Part shown: positions 59,802 to 62,133 of the stretch, in pieces
Layout of the letters: each line of letters starts with the position of its first letter
Position numbering within the stretch: position 1 is the stretch's first letter
NCBI GenBank assembly: GCA_963976765.1
Contig: CAXBME010000017.1
Span: 124,001-186,133, forward strand
Direction of reading: 5' to 3'
From: an uncultured Planctomycetaceae bacterium
Lineage (GTDB): Bacteria; Planctomycetota; Planctomycetia; Planctomycetales; Planctomycetaceae
Length of the DNA: 62,133 bases
Translations under genes and position numbers: made by a program
Notes under the pieces: generated by a model
What the model saw: the letters and a program-made list of their open reading frames with translations, nothing else
Told to the model about the DNA's origin: nothing
The model's database searches: none

Positions 59802-61109
59802 CAGGGCAAACACGTACTAACGTGCTGTGATACCAAGTACTTGCATCAGGTAGTCGACGTTCCACCCGGCCATTCGGCGTCTCATGGCGATGCTTTCCTT
59901 GTCGTTCTGCTGCTTCAGGAGGCTGATCGCGAAGCGTTTCAACCATGCCAGGTTGTCGGCGGCAAAGCGGTCACGGACTCGGCTGTCGGCTTCGCGGAAC
60001 GTCACGTCCAGGCACCAGTGTAAACTGTTTTCGATTCCCCAGTGACCGCGACCTGCTGCTGCGAAACGACGTACTCCCAGGCTCAGCGACGAGATAAAGA
60101 AGCGAATGTCAGTCGTTTCTTTTCCGCTTTGTAGACTCGTTCGAACGGCCACGCCAATCGTCCTCAACTTCTTCCACAGTGACGCATCAGGCAGCGTCTT
60201 TGGGACGGGCAGATGAAAGTACTCCACTGTGTCTTCACGACCGTGCCCTTTCATTGTTTCCACGTATCGGTCAACGGTCGTTGTGGCAAAGTCATTTTCC
60301 AGCTGTTCGATCACGTGGTCCATCACGGCTTGATGCTGATTGCCCTGGCTTCCTTTCAGAGCCAGTAAGTAGTCTCCACCTTTACTCGCAATCTTCGCCG
60401 CGATGTTTTTCTGGCAGCCCGCCGCATCGATGGTCACAATCGCGTTGTTCAACTCGATTTGATCAATCAGTTCGGGAATTGCCGTGATTTCGTTGGATTT
60501 CTCCTCGGTCGCCAACTGTCCCAGACTGATTCATCCCTGCACGGACCAGGCACTCACGAGAAACAACGGCCCGAGACTTTTCCTCCGGTTATGGGAACGT
60601 CGCCGTTAAACAAATGAAGTGGTGCTTTACCATCAATCGCGATCACCTCATCCGTGAGACCACCAGCGCCCCGTTGACGCAGGCTCGCAATCCATTGCTC
60701 GAAACACGCATGAAAGGCGGCTGGCCGCAGCGCCGCCAGCAGTCGACCAATCGTGTCGTGAGACGGGATACCGTGGGGAAGTTCGAGGTACTTCTTCAAC
60801 CACTCCGAGTGCATCCTCGCCCACACTCCAATCGCCTTCGGACCATCCGCACCGGCGAGCACTCCGCACACGCTGATCACAATCAGGTCTCCCAGCAGAT
60901 GCTGTCGATTGATCGAGCTGCGAGGATCATCCAGACCATCAAAATACTCCAGCATAGAAACAGCATCGTCGTGTGTTACTACCTGTATCAGATGGCTCTC
61001 CATAGCCGCTCAACTGTTTCGTCTCGGAAAGCACATCGGTAATAGAATTCACGCACGAGCACAAGCCGATCCACCTGCCGCAGAGTCCCTGAAGTGCGCG
61101 TCGCCCCTG
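59802..61109 (-). mobile_element. ISAs1-family insertion sequence (degenerate)
   Basis: End CAGGGCAAACACGTA at 59802, just after the transposase stop; candidate other end GTGCGCGTCGCCCCTG at 61109; no target duplication seen. Confidence 0.8.
59817..61003 (-). pseudogene. ISAs1 transposase pseudogene
   Basis: LDDPRS, GIPSHDT, IAIDGK, EKSNEITAIP, VTIDAAGCQK, LALKG, HGR and HWGIENSLHWCLDVTFRE. Frameshifting AT-rich insert near 60605-60622 and in-frame TGA at 60533-60531. Confidence 0.92.
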
Positions 61110-61609
61110 AGCGAACGACTGCCTGGTGGCCATATTGACGAAGTTGCTGATCACCGTCGATTGTCTGGAGAACACATTGGAAGTCCCTTCAAACGACAGG
61201 TAAACCCGGTCCTGAAAGCATCATTTAACTCTCTCACAGAAACAGGAACTATTGATCAGAAACAATTGAGAACTGCCACTCCGATGACTGCCGGAGTGAG
61301 TGACAACACTGACTGAGCGCGAGCGTTCAGAAACTGCTTCCAGCAAAATCGCCAACCTGAGCCGAAAGGCTCTTGCAACCATAGAAGCAGCACAACCGAA
61401 GCCGCGCCCCTCGAATGGGGCGTCGGCCGAGTGCTGTTCTATGGTGCCCTTTGGCGAGGGTTGCTGGAGTAGCCTTGGTTCGACGCCTCTGTTCTTGCGC
61501 AGAACCGGGCTGCAGTCAGTTTCTCTTTGCTCGTGGCTCCCGACAGGACTCTGCTGAGGGCATGTCGCCTTCAGATTCTACTTTTTGTCCCACACTCGGA
61601 GACACGACG

Positions 61610-61741
61610 ATGACAAAAACGGCAAATCACACGGTAGCGAACCCCAGTCAAAGGACCAGACCGCTAAAAACGACGGATCAAAGTCTGTTGCGGAACAGAA
61701 GGAAGCCAAAAAGTAAACGGAAAAGCGACACGGTCACTTAA
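61610..61741 (+). CDS. Possible 43-aa basic peptide
   Basis: GGAG SD before ATG 61610; immediately followed by a perfect hairpin. Confidence 0.3.
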   Translation: MTKTANHTVANPSQRTRPLKTTDQSLLRNRRKPKSKRKSDTVT

Positions 61742-61745
61742 CTTC

Positions 61746-61774
61746 GAGCCGGTCGAATCAAATTCGACCGGCTC
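61746..61774 (+). terminator. Perfect 13-bp inverted repeat, terminator-like
   Basis: GAGCCGGTCGAAT-CAA-ATTCGACCGGCTC followed by ACTTTCT. Confidence 0.55.
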
Positions 61775-62133
61775 ACTTTCTACGCAGACCACCAGCTTCA
61801 AGACTCTACTCAATGTCCGGTACTCGATCCGGTACAGAATCCAGCTGAAAAGCTGAGACCAACGGGGTCTGTGGAATTCACTCGGGGCATTGAGACTATG
61901 ATTTGCTGGTCGAAAGCGACGGGCGATCAACGAATTGACGGTCCGATGTGTGGAACGGCGTTGAAGTTGTGTCTACTGAACAATTTGCGCGATGCCGAAG
62001 TTGGATGTAGCGCGTCGGTCGCGCCCTAACCGAGTGCAGGACATTAATCGAGAACAGATTATTTTGATGACGTGCGCCCTAGGTCGTGTTGACAATCACT
62101 TCAGAAGGTTGATGACGGCAGCGAAGCTCCAGA

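Noticed and set aside
60531..60533. TGA as selenocysteine or programmed readthrough in the transposase
   Set aside because: The gene also has a frameshifting insert; simple decay is more parsimonious.

Overview
A 62-kb bacterial chromosomal segment, most likely from a planctomycete (Planctomycetaceae-like). That inference rests on a DUF1559 pilin, a Tat-exported DUF1501 protein, a DUF6800-like small protein, a Zn-ribbon SpoVG, a DnaA paralogue and a stand-alone rpsD. About 58 kb is core or lineage-specific backbone: dprA, ispE, spoVG, dnaA-like, diadenylate cyclase, glnS, K+ channel, nadE, xerD, alkA, M61 peptidase, rpsD, acpS, AAA+ ATPase, a DUF3299 cluster, pdxJ, Xaa-Pro peptidase, SF1 helicase, infC, corA, nfeD-floA, phoD and a HAL2-type nucleotidase. 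The last ~3 kb is the edge of a decayed integrative element at tRNA-Arg(UCU), whose integrase is cut by a pseudogenised ISAs1. No CRISPR array, rRNA or complete known defence operon is visible. Most notable observations: (1) a Ycf46-like AAA+ ATPase whose C-terminal domain resembles, from memory, the SaPI Ppi-type phage-interference protein; (2) perfect short tandem duplications that frameshift corA just before its GMN motif and a small membrane gene; (3) at least two families of intergenic palindromic repeats, including GTAG-REPs that supply stop codons and a nested element; (4) an apparent AUC start for infC; (5) a Cys-motif envelope triad built on DUF3299; (6) a Zn-ribbon/HEAT/TM/beta-propeller protein. 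All family assignments come from reading motifs by eye; no database searches were run.
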